Source: an uncultured Verrucomicrobiaceae bacterium
GTDB taxonomy: Bacteria > Pseudomonadota > Gammaproteobacteria > Pseudomonadales > CAMLJR01
Length of the DNA stretch: 64,000 bases
NCBI GenBank assembly: GCA_964638025.1
Contig: CAZWXW010000003.1
Coordinates: forward strand, 15,126-79,125
Reading direction: 5' to 3'
The number at the start of each line of letters is the position of its first letter. Within the stretch, counting starts at the first letter, position 1. The translations under genes and the position numbers were made by a program. The notes under the pieces were generated by a model, which saw only the letters and a program-made list of their open reading frames with translations, was not told where the DNA came from and searched no databases. Below, one piece after another: positions 1-8,679 of the stretch.

Positions 1-92
1 GTTGAGCAGCGGCAAGTGCCGTCGCCGGTGACCCGTCTGCAGGAGGCGGCGCCGGGGCTTTTGCATTTTTTGAAGAAGGCGAGAGGTGGTTG

Positions 93-1169
93 ATGAAATC
101 GGTCGGCAAGGCGTTGTTGGCGACGCTGCTGTTGTTGGCGCTGGGTGCCGCCGCTGCGGAACAGCCGCTGCCCAAGAAACTGCGTATCGCATCGGTGGCC
201 TATTTCCAGGGCGACAGCGTCGTCTATCAGGGCAACCCGGCGGTGGTCGCGGAGCAGGGCTGGCTGGCCGGGCAATTGAAACAGCGCGGTGTCGAGCTGG
301 AGTGGGTGCCGGCGCCGCACAGCAATGTCGGTCCGGTCATCAACGAGGCATTTGCCAATGGCGGCATCGATTTCGCTGCCTATGGCGATCTGCCGGCGAT
401 CATCGTCAGGTCTGGCGGTGTCGATATCCGTCTGATCGTGCCGGGCGGTCGCGGACAGGAGACATTCCTGGTGGTGCCGGCCGTGTCGACCGCACGCAGC
501 ATCGAAGATCTGAAAGGCAAACGCATTGCGATCCATCGCGGCCGCCCGTGGGAGCTGCCGTTCAGTCGCCTGCTCAAAAGCCGGGGACTCGGCTACGGCG
601 ATTTCAAGATCGTCAATGTCAACCCGCCGGCCGGCGCCGCTGCCATTGCCGCCGGCGGTGTCGATGCGCTCTACACGCTGAATGACGCCTACCTGCTGGA
701 GGACAAGGGTGTCGGCCGCATCATCTGGTCGACCGAGGAGGCACCGCCGGAGTGGCGCATGCGCGCCGAGCTGTGGGGGTCGGCTGCATTCCTCGACAGT
801 TACCCGGAGCTGGCGCAGCTGGTGGCGACCGCGTTCATCCGCGCCGCGCACTGGACCTCGCAGGAGGAGAATCGCGCCGCGTTTCTGCAGATCAATACAC
901 GCAACGGCTCGCCGCTCAGTGTCGTCGAGCGCGAATACGCGCTGGGTCGGATTTCGTGGCGCCAGCGTTGGTCGCCGCTGTTTGCCGGCTATGTCGAAGA
1001 CCACTATCGCGGCGCCATCGACTACGCCGTGCAGACGAAGCTGATCCGCCGCGCGCCGACCTACGAGACGCTGGTCGATACCCGCTTCGTGCCGGTCGCG
1101 CTGCGCGAGCTCGGTCTTGAAAATTACTGGAGTGATTCGTCGAAAGTCGCGGGGGTCGTTGCGCCGTGA
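93..1169 (+). CDS. SsuA/TauA-like periplasmic substrate-binding protein (NitT/TauT-family ABC importer)
   Basis: ORF 90-1169; ATG at 93 after GAGAGG; signal peptide MKSVGKALLATLLLLALGAAAA; NMT1/SsuA-type motifs (GIDFAAYGDLP, LKGKRIAIHRG); first gene of an SBP-permease-permease-ATPase operon. Confidence 0.8.
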   Translation: MKSVGKALLATLLLLALGAAAAEQPLPKKLRIASVAYFQGDSVVYQGNPAVVAEQGWLAGQLKQRGVELEWVPAPHSNVGPVINEAFANGGIDFAAYGDLPAIIVRSGGVDIRLIVPGGRGQETFLVVPAVSTARSIEDLKGKRIAIHRGRPWELPFSRLLKSRGLGYGDFKIVNVNPPAGAAAIAAGGVDALYTLNDAYLLEDKGVGRIIWSTEEAPPEWRMRAELWGSAAFLDSYPELAQLVATAFIRAAHWTSQEENRAAFLQINTRNGSPLSVVEREYALGRISWRQRWSPLFAGYVEDHYRGAIDYAVQTKLIRRAPTYETLVDTRFVPVALRELGLENYWSDSSKVAGVVAP

Positions 1170-1206
1170 CTGTCGTGGTGACATTTGCGACGTGCGGATT
1201 TCTGCG

Positions 1207-2004
1207 ATGAGCGACGCGGCGAAGAAGTTGCGAGCGGGCGGTGAGATATTCGGACGCTGGCTGGCGCCCGCTGTTGCCGGCCTGCCGCTGCTGCTGTTGC
1301 TCGCCGTCTGGTTTCTGGTGGCCGCTGCCGGCTGGTATCCGCGACAGCTGTTCGTGCCGCCGCAAGAGGTGATCGCCGCCGCGCGCGAGTTGCTCGACAG
1401 CGGTGAGCTGCAGCTGCACCTGAGTCAGAGTCTGGGCCGACTCGGCATCGGCATGCTGATCGGCTGTGTCGGCGGCGTGCTGTTTGGCGTGCTGATGGGG
1501 CTGTCGCGCAGCGTCGAGCTCTACACGGCGCCGCTGTTCCACGTCGTCCGGCAGGTGCCATCGATCGCGCTGATTCCGATTTTCATTCTGCTGTTCGGCA
1601 TCGGTGAAACCTTCAAGATTCTGATCGTGGTCAAGGCAGCGTTCTTTCCGGTGGCGCTGGCCACCTATACCGCCGTTCAGCAGATACCGAAGCAGCTGAT
1701 GGAGGTGGCGCGGCTCTACCGACTCTCCTCAGCGGCGCTGTTCCGTTACGTGGTGTTGCCGGCCACCGTCCCGCCGATCGTCACCGGCGTGCGACTGGCG
1801 CTGGGCCGGTCGTGGGGCACGCTGGTGGCGGCGGAGCTGCTGGCCGCGGAATCGGGCGTCGGCCAGATGATGGAGCTGGGCCGGCAGATGTTCCGGCTCG
1901 ACATCGTCATGCTCGGCGTGGTGATCGCCGGCCTGATCGGCTTCGCGCTCGATCGCGGCATCAAGCTGTTCGAACGCCGGCTGCTGCGCTGGAGAACGGC
2001 ATGA
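1207..2004 (+). CDS. ABC importer permease (SsuC-like, BPD-type)
   Basis: In-frame ATG 1207 in ORF 1117-2004; multi-TM hydrophobic protein; EAA-like loop EVARLYRLSSAALFRYVVLP. Confidence 0.8.
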   Translation: MSDAAKKLRAGGEIFGRWLAPAVAGLPLLLLLAVWFLVAAAGWYPRQLFVPPQEVIAAARELLDSGELQLHLSQSLGRLGIGMLIGCVGGVLFGVLMGLSRSVELYTAPLFHVVRQVPSIALIPIFILLFGIGETFKILIVVKAAFFPVALATYTAVQQIPKQLMEVARLYRLSSAALFRYVVLPATVPPIVTGVRLALGRSWGTLVAAELLAAESGVGQMMELGRQMFRLDIVMLGVVIAGLIGFALDRGIKLFERRLLRWRTA

Positions 2005-2777
2005 GCGCAATTCATTCGCACGCGTTGACCAACACGGCGCGCGGGCTGGCGCTGCCGCTGCTGCTGGTTGCCGGCTGGCACTATCTATCGACGCTGGGAC
2101 CGGGTTACGCCTACGCGTTCGTACCGTTGGGCACCGTGTTCGACAGCGCGGCGGAACTGCTGGCCAGTGGCGAACTGGCAACGCATGCCCTGGCCAGCCT
2201 CCGCACCGCACTGACCGGGCTGGTCACCGGCGCCAGCTGCGGCCTGCTGTTCGGTATCGCCATGGCGCTGTTCCGTCCGGTCGACTGGCTGTTCGGGCCG
2301 ATCTATCACGCGCTGCGGCAGGTGCCGACGCTGGGGCTGATTCCGCTGTTCGCGCTGTGGTTTGGCAACAGCGAATTTTCCAAGCTGCTGGTGGTCTCGC
2401 TCGCCACCTTCGAAGTGATGACGCTGAACAGTTATGAAGGGCTGCGCAATGTCGACCGGCGCTTCAGCGAGCTCGGCCAACTGCTGACACTGAATCGGCG
2501 CCAGCTGTTCCTGCGCGTGATGCTGCCGATGGCGATGCCGTCGATCATCACCGGGCTGATGCTGGCGGTGGCCTTCGCGTGGCTCGCCACGGTCGGTGTC
2601 GAGCTGCTGTTCACCGTCGGCCCGGGACTCAGCACGTTGATGGAGCGGGCGCAGCTGGCGGAGCGGATGGATGTGGTGCTGATCTGCATCACGATCATCG
2701 GGCTGCTCGGCCTTGTCATGAATCAACTCTGCGTATTGCTGAGCCGGCGCGTACTGCGCTGGCGCGAAAGCCGCTGA
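2001..2777 (+). CDS. ABC importer permease, second subunit (paralog of 1207-2004)
   Basis: ATG 2001 overlaps upstream stop (ATGA); in ORF 1812-2777; EAA-like loop LGQLLTLNRRQLFLRVMLP; multi-TM. Confidence 0.8.
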   Translation: MSAIHSHALTNTARGLALPLLLVAGWHYLSTLGPGYAYAFVPLGTVFDSAAELLASGELATHALASLRTALTGLVTGASCGLLFGIAMALFRPVDWLFGPIYHALRQVPTLGLIPLFALWFGNSEFSKLLVVSLATFEVMTLNSYEGLRNVDRRFSELGQLLTLNRRQLFLRVMLPMAMPSIITGLMLAVAFAWLATVGVELLFTVGPGLSTLMERAQLAERMDVVLICITIIGLLGLVMNQLCVLLSRRVLRWRESR

Positions 2778-2791
2778 GCGCTCGTTCGAGG

Positions 2792-3664
2792 ATGTTTCGC
2801 ATGAATGCCCGTCTCAATACCCATTTCAATGCTCGTCTTGGTGCCAGTGTGCCGCCGGTGCCGTGGTCGCAGACCGCGCCTTCGGGTGGTGTTTCCATCC
2901 GGGGTGTCAGCAAGTCCTACCGCATCGATCGGCGCCAGCTGCCGGTGCTGCACGACATCGCGCTCGACATTCGCCCCGGCGAATTTGTCAGCATCGTCGG
3001 CCCGAGCGGCTGCGGCAAATCGACGCTGCTGCGGCTGATCGCCGGGCTCGATGCCGATTTCAGCGGCGACATCGCGGTCGATGGCGAGCGTGTCGCCGGC
3101 ACCAGCCTCGATCGCGGCATGGTGTTTCAGGACCACCGGCTGCTGCCGTGGCTGACCGTCGAGGAGAATGTCGCGCTGGCGCTGTTGAATCGAGAGCTGT
3201 CGCCACGGCGCAAACGCGAGCTGGTGGCCGACCATATCGCGCTGGTCAATCTGGCTGGCTTCGAGAAGGCCTATCCGCACCAGCTCTCCGGCGGCATGGC
3301 GCAGCGCGCGGCGATGGCGCGCGCGCTGGTCAACGAACCGAAGGTGCTGCTGCTCGACGAACCGCTGGGCGCGCTCGACGCCCTGACCCGCATTCATCTG
3401 CAGCAGGAGCTGCAGCGTATCTGGATGACGCAGCGCGGCACCGTGATCATGGTGACGCACGATGTCGAGGAGGCGGTCTATCTCAGCGATCGCGTGGTGG
3501 TGATGAATGCCGGCCCCGGCACCGTCGCGCGCATCGTCGGGATTCCATTGCCGCATCCGCGCGAACGCTCGTCGTCGCTGCTGCGCAGCGTACGAGATGA
3601 AATTCTCGACGAGCTGATTCGGACGCCGGTCAGTGCCGGCGATACGCAGCGCGGAGACAAATAA
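2792..3664 (+). CDS. ABC importer ATPase (SsuB/TauB-like)
   Basis: ORF 2579-3664, likely start ATG 2792 or 2801; Walker [10 protein letters not shown], signature LSGGMAQR, Walker [12 protein letters not shown]. Confidence 0.85.
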   Translation: MFRMNARLNTHFNARLGASVPPVPWSQTAPSGGVSIRGVSKSYRIDRRQLPVLHDIALDIRPGEFVSIVGPSGCGKSTLLRLIAGLDADFSGDIAVDGERVAGTSLDRGMVFQDHRLLPWLTVEENVALALLNRELSPRRKRELVADHIALVNLAGFEKAYPHQLSGGMAQRAAMARALVNEPKVLLLDEPLGALDALTRIHLQQELQRIWMTQRGTVIMVTHDVEEAVYLSDRVVVMNAGPGTVARIVGIPLPHPRERSSSLLRSVRDEILDELIRTPVSAGDTQRGDK

Positions 3665-3665
3665 G

Positions 3666-4865
3666 TTGAGTGGCAGCAGTAGCGCATTCATCGCCCGCTT
3701 CATGTTGCTGTCGGTGATCGGTGGTCTGACCATCGGCATGGGCAAGGTGGTTACCACCTTCTTTGCACTGCATGTCGGTGCTACGTCGTCGCAGGTCGGC
3801 TTCATTGCCGGCATCGAGGCGACCGGCCGCATGCTGGTGACGATTCCGGCCGGCTTCATCATTGCCCGTCGTGGCGCGCGTGTCGTCTATTCGCTGGCCA
3901 GCCTGGTACCGATGGTGCTGAACGTGGTCACGCCGGGATTGACGCTGTGGTATGTGATCGCGCTGACGCGCGGCGCCATCGGCCTGTCGATTCCGTTCCG
4001 CGTGGTGGCGATGAACAGCGCCTTCCTGCAGCAGCTCAGCACGCTCGGCGCCAGCCGGGCGGGCTGGTATCGCGGTTCGCAATCGCTCGGCATGACGCTG
4101 CTCGGGCCGCTGCTCGGCGGCTTGCTGGTGCAGCACGGCAGCTACTGGGGATGCTATCTGCTGATCGCCGGGCTGTTCGCCGTCATGGCGCTGTTCGGCA
4201 ACAGTTTCATGCCGAACGTGGAACCGGCGCCGGTTGAATCGCACGGCGCGGCGGAGCAGGGCATGTGGTCGGAATCGCTGGCGCTGCTGCGCAACAAGGC
4301 GATTCGCGACAGCTGCCTGATCGAGGCGATCGGCAGCTCGACGGTGTCGCTGTTTTCGACCTTCATCCTGCTGCTGGCGATCAACGACCTGAAAGTGTCG
4401 CAGTCGCTGGCGGTGATGCTGCTGGTGGTGCAGGGCATCACCACCGTGCTGGTCTCCTTCCTGCTCGGCTTCATGGTCAGCGGTGCCGCGCGCAATATCG
4501 TGCAGCCGCTCAGCTTCGCGATGATGGTGGCCGGCCTGCTGGTGATCGCCACCGCCAAGCTCTATCTGCTGGTGGCGCTCGGCGCGGTGCTGCTGAGCGC
4601 GGGCGGCGCGCTGATCGGACTGGCGCGAACGCTGCAGCTGAGTCGCATGACGATCAGCAAGGGCAAGATTTCCGGCGTCTTCAATCTGGCGACGATGGGC
4701 GGCACCGCGTTCGGTGCGCTGGCAGGCGGCGTGCTGGCGGAAGTGATCGGATTGCGCGGCCTGTTCCTGAGCTGGATTCCGCTGGTGGTGGCGGCCGCAC
4801 TGTTCTGCCGACTGCGCGCCGATGATCTGAATGCGCCGGCAACGGTTCAGCAGGGCGCCGGCTGA
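3666..4865 (+). CDS. MFS transporter (paralog of 37721-38950)
   Basis: ORF 3633-4865; TTG 3666 just after upstream stop (ATG 3702 alternative); about 12 hydrophobic segments; strong similarity to 37721-38950 (TIPAGFIIARRGARVVYSLASL vs TMPAGFIIAHYGAKRVYALASL). Confidence 0.7.
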   Translation: MSGSSSAFIARFMLLSVIGGLTIGMGKVVTTFFALHVGATSSQVGFIAGIEATGRMLVTIPAGFIIARRGARVVYSLASLVPMVLNVVTPGLTLWYVIALTRGAIGLSIPFRVVAMNSAFLQQLSTLGASRAGWYRGSQSLGMTLLGPLLGGLLVQHGSYWGCYLLIAGLFAVMALFGNSFMPNVEPAPVESHGAAEQGMWSESLALLRNKAIRDSCLIEAIGSSTVSLFSTFILLLAINDLKVSQSLAVMLLVVQGITTVLVSFLLGFMVSGAARNIVQPLSFAMMVAGLLVIATAKLYLLVALGAVLLSAGGALIGLARTLQLSRMTISKGKISGVFNLATMGGTAFGALAGGVLAEVIGLRGLFLSWIPLVVAAALFCRLRADDLNAPATVQQGAG

Positions 4866-4879
4866 TCGCCGGCGCCCTG
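4851..4879. terminator. 12-bp GC-rich hairpin spanning the MFS stop codon (convergent gap with R1)
   Basis: CAGGGCGCCGGC-TGATC-GCCGGCGCCCTG; the stop TGA sits in the loop; no U-tract. Confidence 0.35.
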
Positions 4880-4902
4880 CCACTATCAAGACATGAAAGA
4901 AA

Positions 4903-6030
4903 TCACAGCATGCCGTAGAGCTTGAGGCGATGTCGCAGGATGTTGCGACTGATGCCGAGCAGCTTCGCGGTCTGCAGCTGGTTCTGCTGGCAGTAGTCGA
5001 AGGCGCAGCGAATCATGCGCCGTTCCAGTTCGGCATACAGCTCGTCGCCGCCGCGCTCGAAGATGTTGATCATCGCCCGCTCGTAGGGCTGATCGGAGTC
5101 GGCGATATCCTCGACCAGTCGATGCGTGCCGGTCGGCTCGCTGCCGTGCTGCTGCAGCCGGTATTCCGGCAGATGAAGATCCGAGGCCTGGATCAGGTGG
5201 TCGCTGTGGATCAGCAGCGAGTGGTGAATGACATTCTCCAGCTCGCGGATATTTCCCGGCCAGGGATATGACAACAGCGCCTGCCGGGCGGCGGAGGTCA
5301 GCTGCGGCGGCCGCAGTGACAGCTGCTCCGAATAGCGAATGACGAAGTGCTCCGCCAGCGGCACGATATCGCCGCGCCGATCGCGCAGCGGCGGCACCTG
5401 CACCTGCGCCACGTTGAGGCGGTAGTACAGATCTTCGCGGAAGCGACCGCCGCGAACCGCTTCGGCGAGATTGACGTTGGTCGCCGCGACCAGCCGGATA
5501 TCGATCGGTATCGACACGCGCCCACCGACGCGACTGATCTCGCGCTCCTGCAATACCCGCAGCAGCTTGACCTGGGTGGCCGGTGGCAGATCGCCGATTT
5601 CATCGAGAAACAGCGTGCCGCCGCTGGCGATTTCGAACCAGCCCTTTTTCTGCAGCACCGCGCCGGTGAAGGCGCCTTTTTCATGGCCGAACAGTTCGCT
5701 CTCGACCAGCTGTTCCGGCAGCGCGGCGCAATTGACGGCGATGAAGGGACCGTTGCTGCGACCGCTGAGGTGATGAAGCCGGCGCGCCACCAGCTCCTTG
5801 CCGGTGCCGGTTTCGCCGATGATCAGCACGCTGGCATCGCTCGGCGCCAGCCGCATCAGGCGATCGTGCATCGCGCGCGAGCGCGCATCCTCGAACACCA
5901 GCGCGGTGGCGCGAATGCTGCGCGTATAGGCACCGGGGTTCTTGAACGAGATCAGGCGATCGGACTGGGTGTCCGAGCGCTGGTCGCCAAGATGCCGGGT
6001 GTCAAACGATGGGTCGAGAATGTCGTTCAT
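4903..6030 (-). CDS. Sigma-54-dependent transcriptional activator lacking a receiver/sensor domain (SfnR-like bEBP), R1
   Basis: ORF 4903-6168; ATG 6030 preceded by GGAG; AAA+ core [14 protein letters not shown] motif ([10 protein letters not shown]), LFLDEIGD; C-terminal Fis-type [23 protein letters not shown]; only about 75 aa precede the AAA+ domain. Confidence 0.85.
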   Translation of the reverse strand: MNDILDPSFDTRHLGDQRSDTQSDRLISFKNPGAYTRSIRATALVFEDARSRAMHDRLMRLAPSDASVLIIGETGTGKELVARRLHHLSGRSNGPFIAVNCAALPEQLVESELFGHEKGAFTGAVLQKKGWFEIASGGTLFLDEIGDLPPATQVKLLRVLQEREISRVGGRVSIPIDIRLVAATNVNLAEAVRGGRFREDLYYRLNVAQVQVPPLRDRRGDIVPLAEHFVIRYSEQLSLRPPQLTSAARQALLSYPWPGNIRELENVIHHSLLIHSDHLIQASDLHLPEYRLQQHGSEPTGTHRLVEDIADSDQPYERAMINIFERGGDELYAELERRMIRCAFDYCQQNQLQTAKLLGISRNILRHRLKLYGML

Positions 6031-6164
6031 TTGCTCCGCTCTCCATGACCGAACATGCTCTTTCTGAAAAAGCAGAATTTGTTCAGACAGCCTGATTTTC
6101 TTCCGTGAAAGTACCATCGGCCAGAAAACGGCAAAAACAATAAAAAAATGAATAGATATACGGA

Positions 6165-6182
6165 GCATTGCATTTGCAATGC
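6165..6182. promoter_or_regulatory. 18-bp palindrome in the AT-rich region upstream of R1
   Basis: GCATTGCA-TT-TGCAATGC; 8-bp arms with a 2-nt centre, so more like an operator than an RNA hairpin. Confidence 0.35.
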
Positions 6183-6217
6183 GTCGATCCGGTGCGGCAA
6201 CAAAAAGGGGGAATGGC

Positions 6218-7096
6218 TTACCGGATGGCCGACGGTTCGATGTTGTGTTGCAACTCCGGTTTCCACTCCGGATGCGGGGCGCCGAACAGCGTGCCCTGTG
6301 CCTTCGAAATGCCGGCCCTCTCCATCACCGGGCGAAGGTTCTCGCTGTTGACGCCGGTGGCAATGACCTCGATGCCGTTGTCCTTCGCCGCCGCTACCGC
6401 GTAGCTGACCAGTTCGCTGTGACGGGTGGAGGTCCGCGCCGCTTCCAGCGCGGTGCGATCCAGCTTGATCAGGTTTGGCTGCAGGCCGAGCACCCGGCCG
6501 ATGTGCAGGTGATTGCGGCCGAAGGCATCGATGGCGACGCGATAGCCGCGCGCCTGCCAGGCGCTGATGGCGTTGCGCAGATGCAGGCGGTCGCGCACCG
6601 GGAACTCGTTCACTTCCAGCACGAAGCTGGCGGGGGCCAGACCACAGCCGCGCAGAATCTCTTCGAATACCTGGCCGTGGTCGGAGCTGACGGTCAGCAA
6701 ATGTTCCAGGTGCACATTCAGGTGCAGCGTGCCGCTGCCCTGCTGAACCAGATAATTCAGTGCGTGCAGCGTGCGACTGAGGCGGTCGATATGCGTGATG
6801 TCGGCGTTGTCCGCCACCGATGACTGGATCGGGCTGCTGGCCAGCAGCGGCTTGCGAAACAGCGCGCCGTTCTGCCCCTCCAGCTGCAGAATGGCTTCGT
6901 GCCCAACGAGCTCCCCGGTGTCGATGTCGACAATCGGCTCATACAGGCTGTCGAGGCAGAAGCTGGCGTAGCGGGCGTTGATGCGATCGCCGGCGATGAA
7001 CAGCGGAAGCTCTTCGCCGGTCGCATAACGATCGCGCTGAAAGTAGTTGTGGTTCAAATAGATCAGCAGGTGCTTGACGACTTCGGTGCGGCTCAT
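6218..7096 (-). CDS. Stand-alone EAL-domain protein with degenerate catalytic motifs
   Basis: ORF 6218-7144; ATG 7096 preceded by GGAG; EAL-family blocks [21 protein letters not shown] (for DDFG), IKLDR, ATGVN (for EGVE), AQGTLFG. Confidence 0.75.
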   Translation of the reverse strand: MSRTEVVKHLLIYLNHNYFQRDRYATGEELPLFIAGDRINARYASFCLDSLYEPIVDIDTGELVGHEAILQLEGQNGALFRKPLLASSPIQSSVADNADITHIDRLSRTLHALNYLVQQGSGTLHLNVHLEHLLTVSSDHGQVFEEILRGCGLAPASFVLEVNEFPVRDRLHLRNAISAWQARGYRVAIDAFGRNHLHIGRVLGLQPNLIKLDRTALEAARTSTRHSELVSYAVAAAKDNGIEVIATGVNSENLRPVMERAGISKAQGTLFGAPHPEWKPELQHNIEPSAIR

Positions 7097-7116
7097 CGTC
7101 GCTCCAGGGATCATTG

Positions 7117-7176
7117 GTGAAAGGTGCATGGGTGGAAAGTGCACGAGTGAAGGTTGCGTGGGTGATGCTGGCGCGA
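7117..7176. repeat. 15-bp tandem repeat x4 in the EAL gene 5' region
   Basis: GTGAAAGGTGCATGG / GTGGAAAGTGCACGA / GTGAAGGTTGCGTGG / GTGATGCTGGCGCGA; lies 21-80 nt upstream of the minus-strand start at 7096. Confidence 0.75.
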
Positions 7177-7305
7177 ATTCTGTTGGGCAAATCGACGTCT
7201 GTAAATTCTTTCGCTTCTATGGAGTTCTCATATCGATATCAGGCGGTTTTTCCAAACGATAGAGGGTGTTTGGCGCTGCTGGCGTGTCACCAGTGTTGTG
7301 GCAGG

Positions 7306-7327
7306 AACTGTTGCTGTAGCAACAGTT
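7306..7327. promoter_or_regulatory. Perfect 22-bp palindrome containing CTGTTG-N6-CAACAG; candidate activator (UAS) site
   Basis: AACTGTTGC-TGTA-GCAACAGTT; 130-150 nt upstream of the 7457 promoter candidate, in the EAL/R1 - P1 divergent region. Confidence 0.45.
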
Positions 7328-7456
7328 GGTGGATCGTGGTCGCCTTGGCCTTTGTGGTGTTGTATAACCACGGGCGCTGTTGTTTGTCGCCTGTATCGCC
7401 GCGAATGCGCGCTCCGGTTCATCTGCACCGATGCCGCGAGCGGTCGATTGGACGAT

Positions 7457-7472
7457 TGGTATGGCGACTGCA
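7457..7472 (+). promoter_or_regulatory. Candidate sigma-54 (-24/-12) promoter upstream of P1
   Basis: TGGTATGGCGACTGCA; GG to GC spacing as in TGGCAC-N5-TTGC; 43 nt upstream of ATG 7515. Confidence 0.5.
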
Positions 7473-7514
7473 AGAGCGTGGCTGAGTGGTTAAGGACGAT
7501 ATCCGGAGTTCACG

Positions 7515-8660
7515 ATGGCAAGAGATTTTGCAGCACCTCCCGGTTCTTCAGGGCCCGGCTCTTCAGGGCCCGGCTCTTCAGGGACTTCACGCTTTCCGAC
7601 CACGCTGTGGTATTCGCGCAGCTCGGTGCCGACGGCGCTCGGCATTGCCGCGCAGCTGGGATGGCTGCAGCAGGAGTTTTCGCCTGAAAGCATCGCCGTG
7701 CGTTCGCTGCAGCAGAGCGGCGATCCGCTGCTGCGCGAGAGTCATGTCGATCACCATCTGCCCGACAGCTTTCGCCAGGGCGGCAGCGTGCCGGCGCTGT
7801 GGGCCTATTCCGCCGGCGCCGATACCCGCCTGATCGGATTGACCTGGACCGAAGAGTTTCAGGCCGTGCTCAGCCTGCGCGGCTCCGGCATCGACAGCGC
7901 GCAACAGTTGCGCGGCCGTCGCCTCGGCCTGCCGTCGCGCCCCAACGAGCGCATCGACATGGCGCGGGCGACGGCGCTGCGCGGTTACCTGACGCTGCTC
8001 GATGTCGAGGGGATCGGTTATGACGAGGTGCAGCTGGTGGATGTCGAGACCGCGCCGTTGAGCGCGAATCATCTGCCGATCGACAATCGCAACTCGGCGG
8101 CATGGGCCAGCACGCCGGCGGGACATCTGACCCGGCGCGACTACCGGGCGGATGTGCTGGCGCTGCTGCGCGGCGACGTGGATGCCATCTATGTGAAAGG
8201 CGTGCGCGGCATCGAGGTGGCGCGGCTGCTCGGCGAGCAGGTGCAGGTGGCGGCCGATATCGGCGGCCATCCCGATATTCACGTGCGCAGCAACAACTCG
8301 ACGCCGCGCCCGCTGACGATCAGCGCCTCGACGCTGGAGAACTATCCCGATGTCGCCGTGCGTTTTCTGCGGCGGGTGGTGGAGGCGGGTGCCTGGGCGG
8401 AAACGCATCCGCGCGAGACGGTTGCGCTGCTCGGGCGCGAGACCGGTTCGGTCGAGGAGTGGATCAGCTACGCCTACGGCGTGGAAGTGCACCGCTACCT
8501 GCGCACCGATCTGGCTGATTACGCGCTGTCGGCGCTCGATGATTTCAAGAATTTCCTGTTCAAGTGGGGGTTTCTGCCCCACAACTTCAATCTCAATGGC
8601 TGGGTCGATTTCGAGCCGCTGGAACAGGTGCACAGGCTGCCGCGCAAGCGTATCGCGTAA
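7515..8660 (+). CDS. Cytoplasmic SsuA-fold protein, DszB (sulfinate desulfinase)-like paralog P1; Ser in place of the putative nucleophile Cys
   Basis: No signal peptide; motifs LWYSRSSVPTA, SHVDHHLPDSFRQGG, LIGLTWTEEFQA, LRGRRLGLP, FLFKWGFLP shared with 24607, 35366 and 49784 copies; N-terminal (PGSSG)x3 from a 15-bp tandem repeat. Confidence 0.7.
   Translation: MARDFAAPPGSSGPGSSGPGSSGTSRFPTTLWYSRSSVPTALGIAAQLGWLQQEFSPESIAVRSLQQSGDPLLRESHVDHHLPDSFRQGGSVPALWAYSAGADTRLIGLTWTEEFQAVLSLRGSGIDSAQQLRGRRLGLPSRPNERIDMARATALRGYLTLLDVEGIGYDEVQLVDVETAPLSANHLPIDNRNSAAWASTPAGHLTRRDYRADVLALLRGDVDAIYVKGVRGIEVARLLGEQVQVAADIGGHPDIHVRSNNSTPRPLTISASTLENYPDVAVRFLRRVVEAGAWAETHPRETVALLGRETGSVEEWISYAYGVEVHRYLRTDLADYALSALDDFKNFLFKWGFLPHNFNLNGWVDFEPLEQVHRLPRKRIA
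7541..7585 (+). repeat. 15-bp tandem repeat x3 inside the 5' end of P1 (encodes PGSSG x3)
   Basis: CGGTTCTTCAGGGCC / CGGCTCTTCAGGGCC / CGGCTCTTCAGGGAC. Confidence 0.85.
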
Positions 8661-8679
8661 CTTGGCTGACAGGAGGCGT

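Noticed and set aside
7299-7315. TGGCAGGAACTGTTGCT looked like a sigma-54 promoter
   Set aside because: GG-to-GC spacing is one nucleotide too long. The TTGC is part of the 22-bp palindrome at 7306-7327, which explains it better.
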